From: Malacoraja senta
Taxonomy: Eukaryota
DNA length: 64,000 nt
Reading direction: 5' to 3'
Assembly (NCBI GenBank): GCA_038087875.1
Contig: CM075985.1
Coordinates: 24,552,001-24,616,000 of the forward strand
Positions 27,026 to 38,130 of this stretch are shown in pieces. Below the pieces are notes generated by a model. It had not been told where the DNA came from and searched no databases. It saw only the letters and a list, made by a program, of their open reading frames with translations. Within the stretch, counting starts at the first letter, position 1, and each line of letters starts with the position of its first letter. A program made the translations under genes and the position numbers.

Positions 27026-27834
27026 ATGAAAGAACATAAATATAAGACAATCACAAATAAATACATTAATGCTACACGAAGAGCATTCTTCGTGCTTGAA
27101 ATGATTAGAAAATGAAATTCATGACAGTGAGATGACAGTAAGAACATTAAACAAATTTCCTTAACAAAAGATGTTTTGATACAGTTGATAGCTAAATGCT
27201 GATATATGTTGATATAGGGTCAGGAGGGATAGTTAAAGTCTACTGGAGCATGGTAATTCATGACATTCAGAAACAGAGGATTACAGGGTAAAAATGTCCA
27301 TTTACTTAAAGTTACGTTCTTAATCCTTTGGTATTTTGAAAGATGTAATAAACCCATTATTTAAATTATCATTCATAAATTTTCAATGACCACCACAGAA
27401 GGTAGTCGGATTCACTGCACATAGTATCAACGTCAACATCAATGAATATAGCAATGCTATAGGACTGGACAACAGCCATTACCGTAATTTTTTTTTAAAG
27501 TGCTGAAAGTACTCAGTAGATCAAACAGCATCTGTGGAGATAAAAGGAATGTGTCGATGCTTTGGGCCAAGACCCTGTGCACCATTCTGCTGAATACTTG
27601 CATGCCAAAAGTTGTACTAACATATTCCCCTACTAGGAATTCCACCAGCACTGTACGTGTGTGATCTACATTAGATATTGTACAAAGTAACAAATTACTC
27701 ACGATAAATGTCAGTTCAATAAAAATACCTCCAGTAATGTCCAAGAAAAGCCATTTGGAGAATCAAATGTACTTTGCATTCATTTCTCCCTTGATTATAC
27801 TTGAAAACTTGAAATAAGAGCAGAACACATTAAC

Positions 27835-28120
27835 TAGAATGGGGCATATAAAAACAGGTCCCACCGAGTCCACGTTGACCAGCGATCCCCGCACACTTAC
27901 ACTATCCTACACACACTAGGGACAATTTACAATTATACCAAGACCTCCAAACCTTTACGTCTTTGGTGTGTGGGAGGAAACATGAGATCCCAGAGAAAAC
28001 CCATGCAGGTCACGGGGAGAACATACAAACTCCGTACAAACAAGCACCCGTAGTCTGGATCGAACCCGGGTCTCTAACGCTGTAAGACAGCAACTCTACC
28101 ATTGCGCCACTGGGCAGCCC
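27835..28120 (-). mobile_element. tRNA-derived V-SINE (HE1-like)
   Basis: Reverse strand: gtggcgcaatggtagagttgctg...gggttcgatcc (A/B boxes) followed by the V-domain. Confidence 0.87.
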
Positions 28121-28286
28121 TTTAAAAAAAATGAATGTAAAAAAATTCGTACATGTGCCTCAATTACATCAAGCTCCATTTTTTAGAATATGGAAAAACA
28201 ACTTAAGATGGACAACGATGAAATTTAACCCATATTTTAGCAGCATCACAAAACCCATAGCTAAACAGCTCAATCGGGTTTTCTTT

Positions 28287-28412
28287 AAAAAGGAACTGCA
28301 GATGCTGGAAAAATCGAAAGTAGACAAAAAATGCTGGAGAAACTCAGCGGGTGAGGCAGCATCTATGGAGAAAAGGAGTAGGTGATATTTCGGGTTGAGA
28401 CCCTTCTTCAGA
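28287..28412 (-). mobile_element. Penelope-like tail with hammerhead core, 17-bp TSD (1 mismatch)
   Basis: Reverse strand tctgaagaagggtctcaacccgaaatatcacc; tcaat(c/a)gggttttcttt at 28270-28286 and 28413-28429. Confidence 0.82.
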
Positions 28413-28530
28413 TCAATAGGGTTTTCTTTGTGCTGCTCAAGTTACCAATATATACTGAACCAACAAGTCTGGTAATTGTAATCTTGTGAGACAATTGATA
28501 ACCGCCAACATTCCATACACAGCTACTTAC

Positions 28531-28627
28531 TCATACATTCCACATCGGGATCTCCCCAGAAGAATTCTTGGCAGTCACTGCAAGTTCGTCCTCCAAATCC
28601 AGTCAGGCATTGACACTGCCCTGTAAA
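28531..28627 (-). CDS. lamb1: lamb1 exon ~24 (LE repeat), 97 nt
   Basis: cccag|[32 protein letters not shown]|gtaagt; not captured by the ORF track. Confidence 0.94.
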
Positions 28628-29460
28628 CTGGGGAAAATATATCATATTCAATTGATATTCATTATTGTTAATTATTGGAAGACAAGAAGATCAAAATGTA
28701 CACTGTGCCAACAACCCCCTAATTTTGTCTAGCACTTAAGATGAACAAAAGAAACTTCCAATGGTGTGCACATTCCTGGGAGCAAATCTTGCTGAAAAAC
28801 CAGACCATTAGCTTACATATTCACAAAATAAGGGGTCAGTCATTTAATAATGAAAAGAAGAATTTCTTCTGACTGGCTTCCAAATCTTTGTAATTCTCTA
28901 ATTGAGGGAGCTATTGGGTCAGAAACATTAAATACACTTAATGAAATAGATTTTTCACAGGTTTCATAGATTTAACAGGAAATCGGCCTCTTGATTATGG
29001 AGCATGAAGAGGTGAAGTCGCAGAAAATACCTATCCTGTCCTTGGATCTTGTCCTACATTCATTTCAAGATATTTGCCAGTAAAAGTTGTTTTTCCAAAA
29101 GCACATGGAATTCCAGGCTTGAAAGAGGCACAGAATACAAGAGTAACTCAGTTATGACAAATGTTTACAGCTCATTGCTTTGTGACCAATTAACTTTTCT
29201 ATCTTGTTTCTTTGCTAAACAGTGACATCCAAAACAAAGTGTAAAGTGGGGCAGGAAGATGCTAAACATGATTCCAGGGATGAGGATTATTAAGTGGATA
29301 AAAGTGAGGAGACATAAATTATCTATTTGTAACAGAGAAGGCTATACAAGGGATCTAAAATAGGTATTTAAACAGGGTGTGAGCCAAGAGAAACTGTTAC
29401 AATTGACAGAGGGGTCAAGAACAATGGGGCATAGAATGGAAGTAACATCAATAGGACCAA

Positions 29461-29893
29461 ACGTAGGCTTGGCAATCGCTTCGCCCAACACTTCCGCTCA
29501 ATTCGCAATAACCAATCCGATCTCCTGGTGGTTCAGCACTTCAACTCCCCCTCCCATTTTGATATCCGACCTTTCTGTACTGGGCCTCCTCCATGGCCAG
29601 AGTGAGTCCCACTGCAAATTGGAGGAGCAGCACCTCATATGTCGCTTGGGTAGTTTACACCCCAGCGGTATGAACATTGACTTCTCCAATTTCAGGTAGT
29701 CCTTGCTTTCTCCCTCTTTCCCTTCCCCTTCCCAGCTCTCCCACAGCCCACTCTCCGCCTCTTCCTTTCTTCTTCCCGCCCCCCCCACCCCCACATCAGT
29801 CTGAAGAAGGGTCTCGATCAAAAACGTCACCTATTCCTTCGCTCCATAGATGCTGCCTCACCCGCTGAGTTTCTCCAGTATTTTTGTCTACCT
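29461..29893 (+). mobile_element. 5'-truncated Penelope-like element (GIY-YIG C-terminus, 3' UTR and hammerhead tail) inserted in an old CR1 relic
   Basis: TKRRLGNRFAQH..VVQHFNSPSH / LEEQHLICRLGSLHPSGMNIDFSNFR*; CTGAAGA at 29801; 13-bp TSD tcaataggaccaa at 29448-29460 and 29894-29906. Confidence 0.9.
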
Positions 29894-30679
29894 TCAATAG
29901 GACCAACATTACTTCTTTCAAAATAAATACAGAGTGATTAAAGCCTTGGATGGTGTGGGTGATGGCTTAAACTGAAGCATTGAAATGCTGTTTCATCAAG
30001 TATCTGAAATCAAAGAATTTGCAGCGATGGGGAGGAGAACGTTGAAGCGTGGTGACTACTTGGATTGCTTTTGGATCAAGAGAGTATGGATGTCATGGCC
30101 CAAATCTTGTGCTTCTGTGTCACAAACATTCATGACCATTAAAGCAATGAATTTTCTACAATAAACCGGAGTTTTACAATTAGTTCATAAGCTTTCCTTC
30201 TCTTCAATCCTCATTCCCAATCATTGGGCAGTGCCATAAATGACCAATTACTTTATTTTACATTTTACAACTTAGCACAGTAATCCCTTGCTGGTTTGAG
30301 TTTCCCATGCAAAGGAACACGACTAAACTGCCACATGGATGTGAATAGTTTGGCCAGTGATCGGCCCAAACTCCCCTCTTCAAGATACATGGAGTAAAAA
30401 AAAAACACTTGCATTTATTTGGGACCGACCGGCACATCCCTTTCAGGATGTCACAAAGTGCCCGAGAGCCAATTAAGTCCGTTTTCAATAAATACACACG
30501 TAAAAGATTTGCAAGATATACTTTATGGCCTATCTTTAAATATTTACTATTTGTGTTAAAAAATTGTATCAATGACATTTAAGTGTATTTGTTCTGTGGA
30601 CCCTAAAGAGGAAGATAATGAAAAATAATGACCTTTTTCAAAAAGTGCTTTCTAAGGTCCCAAAGGAGATTGTGATCAA

Positions 30680-31220
30680 GTGGCCCATTAGAATGCTTAG
30701 AAAGTTCGGCAGAGAAAGCATTTTATCAGGATACATCACTGCATGGTTTGGGAATAGCTCCATCCAAGACTGCAAGAAATTGCAGAGAGTTGTGGATGTA
30801 GCTGAGGCATCATGCAAATCATCCTCCCTTCCATGGAATCTATCTACACTTCACACTGCCTTGGCAAGGCCACTAGCATAATCAAGGACCAGTCTTACCC
30901 TGGTCACTCCCTCTCCCCTCTCTCTTCAGGCAGGAAGTACAGAGGTTTGTAAGCACGCACCGGTTTCTTCCCAGCTGTTATCAGGTCACTAAAATCTCAC
31001 CAGCTAGAGCATGATCTTTACTTCCCATCGACCTCATTGGAGACTTTTAAACTCTCTTTAATCGGACTTTATCTAGCACCAAATGTTATACCCTTTATCC
31101 TGTATCTGTACACTGTGGGCGGCTTGATTGTATTTATATATTTATATATTTGTTGACTGGATAGCCCACAAACAAAAGCTTTTCTCAGTACCTCAGTACA
31201 CGTGACAATAATAAGCTAAA
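30680..31220 (+). mobile_element. Rex1/Babar-like LINE 3' fragment
   Basis: ESILSGYITAWFGNSSIQDCKKLQRVV; SGRKYR; tail caaaagctttt..gtacacgtgacaataa. Confidence 0.85.
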
Positions 31221-31250
31221 TCGTTTTTCTCAATAAAGAAATGCTCTCAC

Positions 31251-31468
31251 CTCATTACAAGATGCTGCACGTGAGTGGACTTCTTTGCAATTGCAGAGTT
31301 CACAGCCTGTTCCACTTGCCAGCTTCCAGGTATTAGGTGCGCAGTGATCACATGTTAAACCAACCACATTGGAAAGGCAAGGACATTGACCAGTGGTTTG
31401 ATTGCAATGGCATTCATCTGCTGATGGGCACTGGGCCTGTATTGTGCCCAAGTAATTACAGACACACT
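31251..31468 (-). CDS. lamb1: lamb1 exon ~23 (LE repeats), 218 nt
   Basis: tttag|(K)[21 protein letters not shown]...[14 protein letters not shown]...SCNE|gtgaga. Confidence 0.95.
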
Positions 31469-31740
31469 CTAAAAATTAAATAAGAGACACACACTTATTA
31501 CTTAAAGTTATATAAATATATACAACTATGCTAATGAGTTAATATTCTGAATACATATAAAAAATAAATCATCTGGCTCAATGAAAATAAAGCATACTTT
31601 GCATAAGTTTTTTTTGACAATGTGGCAGTAAATCCACTTGGCAACAGAAATCTGCACCTTGAAGTTCTATTCCAGATTTTATAAACTAATACAAACTTAT
31701 GTTCCACGCAGATTAGCAAACGATATTAAATGGCAGTACT

Positions 31741-32460
31741 AATCAGAATCATACTTTATTAGCCAAGTATGTTTTGCACCATACAAGGAATTTGATTTGC
31801 CATACAGTCATACCAATAAAAAACAAGACACATAGAATACATGTTAAAATAAACATCCACCGGTGACTCCTCCACATTCCTCACTGTGATGGAAGGCGAA
31901 AAAAAGTGTTAAATCTCTTCCCTTCTTTGTCCTCCTGCATTCAGGGTCCTTGAGCCTTTCGTTGACAGGACGATCTTGGCTCCCGTAGCCGGCGGTCGGG
32001 CCTCCATGGCGGGGCGATCAAGCTCCCGCATCGGGGGGGATCTCAGCTCCCCCGCGCCGGGCCGAACCTCCTGCGACTTTGGAGCTTCCCGACATCAGTC
32101 TCTACCGGAGACTGCGAGCTCCTCAATGGTGAAATCCGCAGGCCACAGTTGGAGCATCGATCCCAGGCAAGGGATCGCAGGCTCTGATGGTAAGTCCATG
32201 GCCCCACGGTGGGGCTCAAAGTCAGTCAAAGAGCAAGGCCGCCATCTCCATGATGTTAGGTTGCAGAGCGACCGGAGATACGATCCGGAAACCAATCGCA
32301 TCTCCAGCACGGTAAGAGATTAAAAAAGTTTCCCCTACCCCCCCTCCATAAAACAAACCAGAGAACATTAACACATACTTTAAAAACACACTAAAAATAA
32401 CCAAAAAGATGAAAAGACAGACAGACTGTTGGCGAGGCTGCCATTGCTGACGGCGCCACC
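31741..32460 (-). mobile_element. Non-autonomous retroelement with GC-rich body and Rex1-type 3' tail
   Basis: 5' end ggtggcgccgtcagcaatggcagcctcgcc; 3' end aataaagtatgattctgatt; CpG-rich middle; related fragment at about 45750-45870. Confidence 0.6.
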
Positions 32461-33699
32461 CAATATTCCAGTAGAGCATAAATAATACCCATCATTCAAT
32501 AATCAGCAAAAACAAAGTGACACTATTCAACTGAAGAGTCCTTTGTGCAAAGACCGTACTTCAAAAGTAGTTAACACAATGTGAAATTCTATCTTGTAAA
32601 CTGATATTATTTTGGGAAAAGAACAAAGACACATAATGGAGTAAAATCATTAATTATTCTGTGGAGAAAGTCAGGGTTAATACAGAGCTATAAAGCCAAC
32701 AGCTACTTTAAAAAAAAAAAATAATAATAATACTGATCCACCTTAAAATCCAAAACAAATTACGACCAATTTGTTATTTAGGCTAGTTAAATTGACACAT
32801 AAAAACCATTTGCTTGAGTGGTTTTATCTCATTCTAATGTTACAACCACCTACTCTTCCGCTCGACTCCCTGGTTTATATCCTGGGGGTTTTAGTTGGTG
32901 CACTGTGTTCCCTTTGCCCTTTCCCCACAATGGTCACAGAGCTGTATGATCATAGCCACTCTGCTATGAATTACAGATTGCAATTCTGTGAAGATCATTC
33001 AGATTCTTACCGTTAAAGGAAAGAGAATGGATACACAAATAAAAATTAATTTAATCTGAAAAATGACCAAATCTCAATTGATGCTGGTGAACAGTAACTC
33101 CGGCTATTCATTTTAATTACTTTGTTCTTGAATCAAAGGATGCCCAGGAATCCCTCAATTGCCTTTCATTAGTTAAACAAAAACAAATCAATTGCTGCAG
33201 AACTATCGGCAAGAGGGCCACTGGCCAGGAATGCTTTCAAATATTTTACCATTGTACTGTGATTTTAAAATCATTGGTGTTTATTGTCAACCAAGTTAAC
33301 ATTTGCCAAGGAATGTGCAACCACAGGGAACAAACATATTGATCTGGTGATAAAAGTCAAAGGAATGCTGTAAATCTGACCTAAGGGGGTGAAAAGTTAT
33401 CCTCATTCCATTGGGAAAGTCAGATGAATTTAACAAGGATAATTAAAAACACCATTATAAAGAAAAGATGAAGATAAAACTATAAGAGGTACATATTTGG
33501 AGCATCTCCATGTCTACAGTTTTTGTTTAATTAATGAGGGTGGTTTTATTACTTTAACAGCAAGAACTACTAAATGTTAACTATCAGGAGAGCTGATTCC
33601 CCCATGCCATTTATTCTAACACCTGCTGTGTTGAAGATTATCCAGAACAAAGGACAGGATATCAAAAACACAAGACTGGGTGTTACCTTACATTTCACT

Positions 33700-34130
33700 C
33701 AAAAGAAAAAGACTAGCATTTAAAAGGAGTTTCTCTCAATCTCTGAATGCTTAATATGCATTGTAGGTAAGGAAAGGCAGCAGGCAGCATGCAAACCAAC
33801 ACTGCAATGTAATCATCAAATGGAAATTTAATTTTAAGTGATGTTTAACTGTAAGAATTCACACATTCCCTAAAGGAGAAGCTTGGGACCTTTTATCTTC
33901 ATCTCAGAGGGTAAATGAAAAACCTCTATTTACTATCTTAAATGAAAGATGAGACATCTCACAATGCTATTCTCAGCACAGCACTTTTTTTGTGCTTATG
34001 CCTCAGGACTGGAGTGTGTGAACACCTTCAAAAGATTGATATAGCTGTGAAGCATAACGTGAAGGAAAATCAACATCTAAAAGAGAAGTATTATTGGAAA
34101 CCATATTTAGTTCTGAGCCATCCACAACCT
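33700..34130 (-). mobile_element. Probable ancient Deu-domain SINE relic
   Basis: tgggaccttttatcttcatctcagaggg...tgaaagatg..catctcacaatgc resembles the recalled Deu-SINE consensus in reverse. Confidence 0.45.
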
Positions 34131-34691
34131 GAACTCAAGTGATGAAATAATCAATTATTTTCAGATTGTTTTTCCTTTAATACTAAGATTGCCAAATTGT
34201 CACTGACTACTGCTTTTTTTCCCAATGCAGCAATCCTCTAATCTTATCCAAAATTAGAGCATGTATGTACATTTAAAACAACCACACTGATGTTAATCTG
34301 CCACATATGCTCCAGGTGCTGTTAAATCTTTCACAAAGTATAAACAAACCAAAGTTAGCACAAATGAAACCACACACTATACCAACAGGTGACAAAACAT
34401 AAAGGGTTGAATAATGCCTAAATGGATGAGAAGGCATACAAAAGATCAGAACTGCCACAAACAGATATTGTGAGCCAAAATTAAACAGAAGGATGTTGCA
34501 AATACCGATAGATTATTAACCTGAATTTCTTTCCCATCAGAGATGCTGTGGAGACTAGCATTTCTAGCATTTTCTATTTCAGAATATATTGAAGCCTTTA
34601 AAAGTAGTGTAAATATACAAGAGATAAAATACAAAATCTATTTCATAATTATCAATTTTGTGTGGTTTACAAAATGTTTTGTATATCTTAC

Positions 34692-34916
34692 TTATGCAGT
34701 TCTGTTGCACTGCATTCCCATAATAGCCAGGCTTGCAGAGGTTGCAGTGTTCACCCTCGGTATGATACAGACATTTTAGACACTCTCCAGTTCGCTTGTC
34801 ACAGGACTGGTTGTCAGTCACATCGATATTGTTGTTGCATTGACACTCCTGACAATACCCTCTGGTCTCATTAGGGTTACCATAAAACCCAGATGCACAT
34901 TCATCACATCTAGCAC
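34692..34916 (-). CDS. lamb1: lamb1 exon ~22 (LE repeats), 225 nt
   Basis: gacag|(G)ARCDECASGFYGNP...CLKCLYHTEGEHC...AVQQNCI|gtaaga. Confidence 0.95.
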
Positions 34917-35239
34917 CTGTCATGGTAAAAGCATTAAATTGTAAGAAAAAAGGGAAATAATGGTTGATATGAATTGCACGCTTTGTAGTTATATGGAAAC
35001 AGACAGCTGATGTTAATCCTCAACAGTACAATTTGTAATTTAGCATATTCTGTTTCCATCTCTTGCTACCATTTCATGAAGTTTGAAGTGATACTTGTCA
35101 CAATCATTATTAACCCTAGTTCTTCATTTCATCATCCCTTCAAATCCCCATCTGGGAAAAAAGAATTCTCCTGCTCTCTAAACCAAATCTCTTGCATTTA
35201 GTCATGTATCTGTGTTCTTTATCCAAGAACCTGGAACAA

Positions 35240-36350
35240 TAACCAAACATCCAAGATGTCCTAATTCTTTAGGGAATGGGGGTTTCCCTCTCCCATCATA
35301 GATGAGGCCCCATAGATGTGTCTCCTCGGTACCCCAGAGCTCCACCATTGCTCCCACTCCTAGTCGCAACAGAGACAGAGTCCCACTAGTCCTTAACTTT
35401 CACCCCATCAGCCGTCGCATACAGCACATAATCCTCTGAAATTTCCGCCACCTCCAAAGGGATCCCACCAATAGATACATTTTCCCATCTCCACCCCTTT
35501 CCACCTTCCACGGAAACCTTTCCCTCCCCAACTCCCTGGTTAACTCATCCCTTCCCACCCAAACCATCACATTTATCTACATTATTCTGCATCTGTCCAC
35601 TCACTCAACCTGTCCAAGTCACCCTGCAACCTCCTAGCATCCTCTTCGCAGTTCACACTGCCATTCAGCTTTAAGTCATCTGCAAATTTGCTAGTTACTC
35701 CGTCTCCCTAGACCCTCTGTCCTCTAGTACATCTGGGAGATTGTTAAAGAAGGAACTGCAGATGCTGGAAAATCGAAGGTACACAAAAATGCTGGAGAAA
35801 CTCAGCGGGTGCAGCAGCATCTATGGAGCGAAGGAAATAGGTAACGTTCCGGGCCGAAACCAGTCTGAAGAAGGGTTTCGGCCCGGAACGTTACCTATTT
35901 CCTTCGCTCCATAGATGCTGCTGCACCCGCTGAGTTTCTCCAGCATTTTTGTGTACCATCCGGGAGATTGTTTGTGTCTTCCTTTGTGAAGACAGAACCA
36001 AAGTACCTGTTCAACTCTTCTACCATTTCCTTGTTCCCCATAATTTCACCTATTTCTGCCTTCAAGGGACCCACATTTGTCTTTCCTAATCTTTTTCTCT
36101 TATCATACCTCCCCCACCCATGTCGCATTTTCACCCTACAAACAGCTCACAATGGCCTGTTTCCTTTCCATTGTTACATTTTTGCATTTCTTTCATTCAT
36201 TGTTCTTTATCTCTCCACATCACCGTTTACATCTCTTGTGTCCCATATCCCTAACCAGTCTGAAGAAGGGTCTCGACCCAAAACGTCATCCATTCCTTCT
36301 CTCCAGAGATGCTGCCTGTCCCGCTGAGTTACTCCAGCTTTTTGTGGCTA
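35240..36350 (+). mobile_element. Penelope-like element remnant (RT-EN linker at 35240-35570; 3' UTR and hammerhead at 36105-36350) interrupted by a CR1 piece
   Basis: GFPSPIIDEA..NRDRVPLVLNFHPISRRIQHIIL..FRHLQRDPT..IFPSPPLS; CTGAAGA at 36260; reverse CR1 pieces at 35570-35730 and 35972-36100. Confidence 0.8.
35746..35956. mobile_element. Penelope-like tail, perfect 84-bp inverted repeat, 16-bp TSD (1 mismatch)
   Basis: Arms 35778-35861 and 35874-35957 are exact reverse complements; cat(ct/cc)gggagattgtt at 35730-35745 and 35957-35972. Confidence 0.88.
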
Positions 36351-36477
36351 TCAATGTTTTTAAACACTTGGATATTGAAATATTAATATCCAATGGGTTA
36401 GACTTAATACAACATCCGTATTAGAATGGATGACCAACATAAACTAACAATCACTTTAAAAAAAATAAAAAACATAC

Positions 36478-36641
36478 CTGTGTATCCATTTTGACAAAGG
36501 CAAACTATATTGAGGGCATAAGGATCCTGGTAACAGCCAGTGGCAAACTGCCGTTGACTATCTGGCCCATCTGGGCAGGGGCATGGGCGGCAATGGTCAC
36601 CTGACCCAAGTACAGGGTCCCCGTAATAACCTGTCACACAG
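36478..36641 (-). CDS. lamb1: lamb1 exon ~21 (LE repeats), 164 nt
   Basis: tacag|(S)[33 protein letters not shown]...CLCQNGYT-G|gtatgt. Confidence 0.95.
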
Positions 36642-36748
36642 CTGTAAGAGACAACAACATTTTATGGAAAGCTGTTCAGTTACATGAGCTGCAAGAAATT
36701 TTACCCAAGGTGATGAAGGCCAGTAAAAATAAAAGAGACTGTCAATAC

Positions 36749-36980
36749 CTCTCACAGTTCTGTCCACTGGTATGATCTCTGCAGTTCAGACATTCACCGG
36801 TTTCCAAGTCGCAATGATCTGCATGCCCATTGCAATGGCATGGGTGGCAAATAGGAAATCCCCAAAACCCAGGCTGACACTGGTCACATCTTCGACCATA
36901 GACTCCTTCCTTACACTGACACTGGCCAGTGGCATGATGACAAAATGCATTGACAGAACCTTCTGGATTACAGTCACATG
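36749..36980 (-). CDS. lamb1: lamb1 exon ~20 (LE repeats), 232 nt
   Basis: tttag|(P)[13 protein letters not shown]...[20 protein letters not shown]...SGQNCE|gtattg. Confidence 0.95.
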
Positions 36981-37272
36981 CTAAAAATAAAAAAAGGTAC
37001 AATTACAAATGGATGACTGTTAATTTGAACTAAACAGCAAATGCATTTTAATGAACTAAATTTTACAATGAAATGCTCCTTTAGCAAAGTGTAATAATAG
37101 AAATCTCTGTGTGAAATGTCAGGCACATCTACTTGGGTGGGTTGTTGCAGTACATTTTTCCACTGTTATATGGCATTAATCCACTTCTCCAGGAGATGGT
37201 CCCAAAAAGACCTGGTTAAATCCTTGGAATGTTGGAGGTAAAGGCAAAATTGTGAAAATAACGGGAATAATA

Positions 37273-37274
<2 letters not shown>

Positions 37275-37330
<56 letters not shown>
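37275..37330. repeat. (AT)28 microsatellite
   Basis: Pure AT dinucleotide run. Confidence 0.97.
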
Positions 37331-37332
<2 letters not shown>

Positions 37333-38005
37333 TATTTGGTCTTAAATAGAATCTTTATATTTGCTTCAAAGCATAAAACAATTGATCCTCTGCCAAATTA
37401 GAACATTGCAGCTGTAACCAAAATAATGGTTAAAGGAACAAGTTTCTAACTTTATAAAGAGAGGGGTAGTTAGAGAAGAATTACACAACAAAGCTGTCTG
37501 AGAGAACATCTGCCAACAAAGATGAGAAGGGGGGGATGAGTTCCTATGTTGGAACAATGAAAACCTCTTGGGGAGATAAATAGCTCAAAGGGAAGGTGAA
37601 AATTTAGCATAAGAATTGGAGGCATTGTAGGGCAGAGTAATGCAAATTAGACACGAGAGCAGTAAAAGATGAATAGGGACCCAATTTGGAAATATGTCAC
37701 TGGATGGCAAATATTGTATCAGATACAATCGCGGCATTTGAGAGGCTTTTAGAATGGTACATGGCAGGCAATTAAAATTAGTTTATCCTGGCCCGTTCCT
37801 GTGCTGTCCTGTTCTACGTTTTATGTTCTTAATGGGGAAAATTAAATAGGTTTTTATTCAATAAAATATGCATTTATGCCCACTGCTGCCATGGTAAACT
37901 AAATGGCTTGCTAGAACGCATAAAAGTTGCGAATTGATCAGCAGCTGAAATTTAAAAAAAAAATAGCAGTTGATAGAAATCCAAAACACAAAGCATATTG
38001 GAAGT

Positions 38006-38130
38006 ATGAAGAAGGGTCTCGACCCGAAACGTTGCCTATTTCCTTTGCTCCATAGATGCTGCCTCACCCGCTGAGTTTCTCCAGCATTTTTGTCTACCTT
38101 CGGTTTTCCAGCATCTGTAGTTCCTCCTGG
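38006..38130 (+). mobile_element. Penelope-like tail, 14-bp TSD, nested in an older tail relic
   Basis: tgaagaagggtctcgacccgaaacgttgcc; agcatattggaagt at 37992-38005 and 38131-38144. Confidence 0.83.

Noticed and set aside
29379-29699. 106-aa ORF as a host gene
   Set aside because: It is a chimera of CR1 relic sequence and a frameshifted Penelope endonuclease tail.
35778-35957. miRNA precursor or classical MITE
   Set aside because: The arms are Penelope tail sequence, asymmetric relative to the insert ends, with a 16-bp TSD unlike a DNA transposon's.
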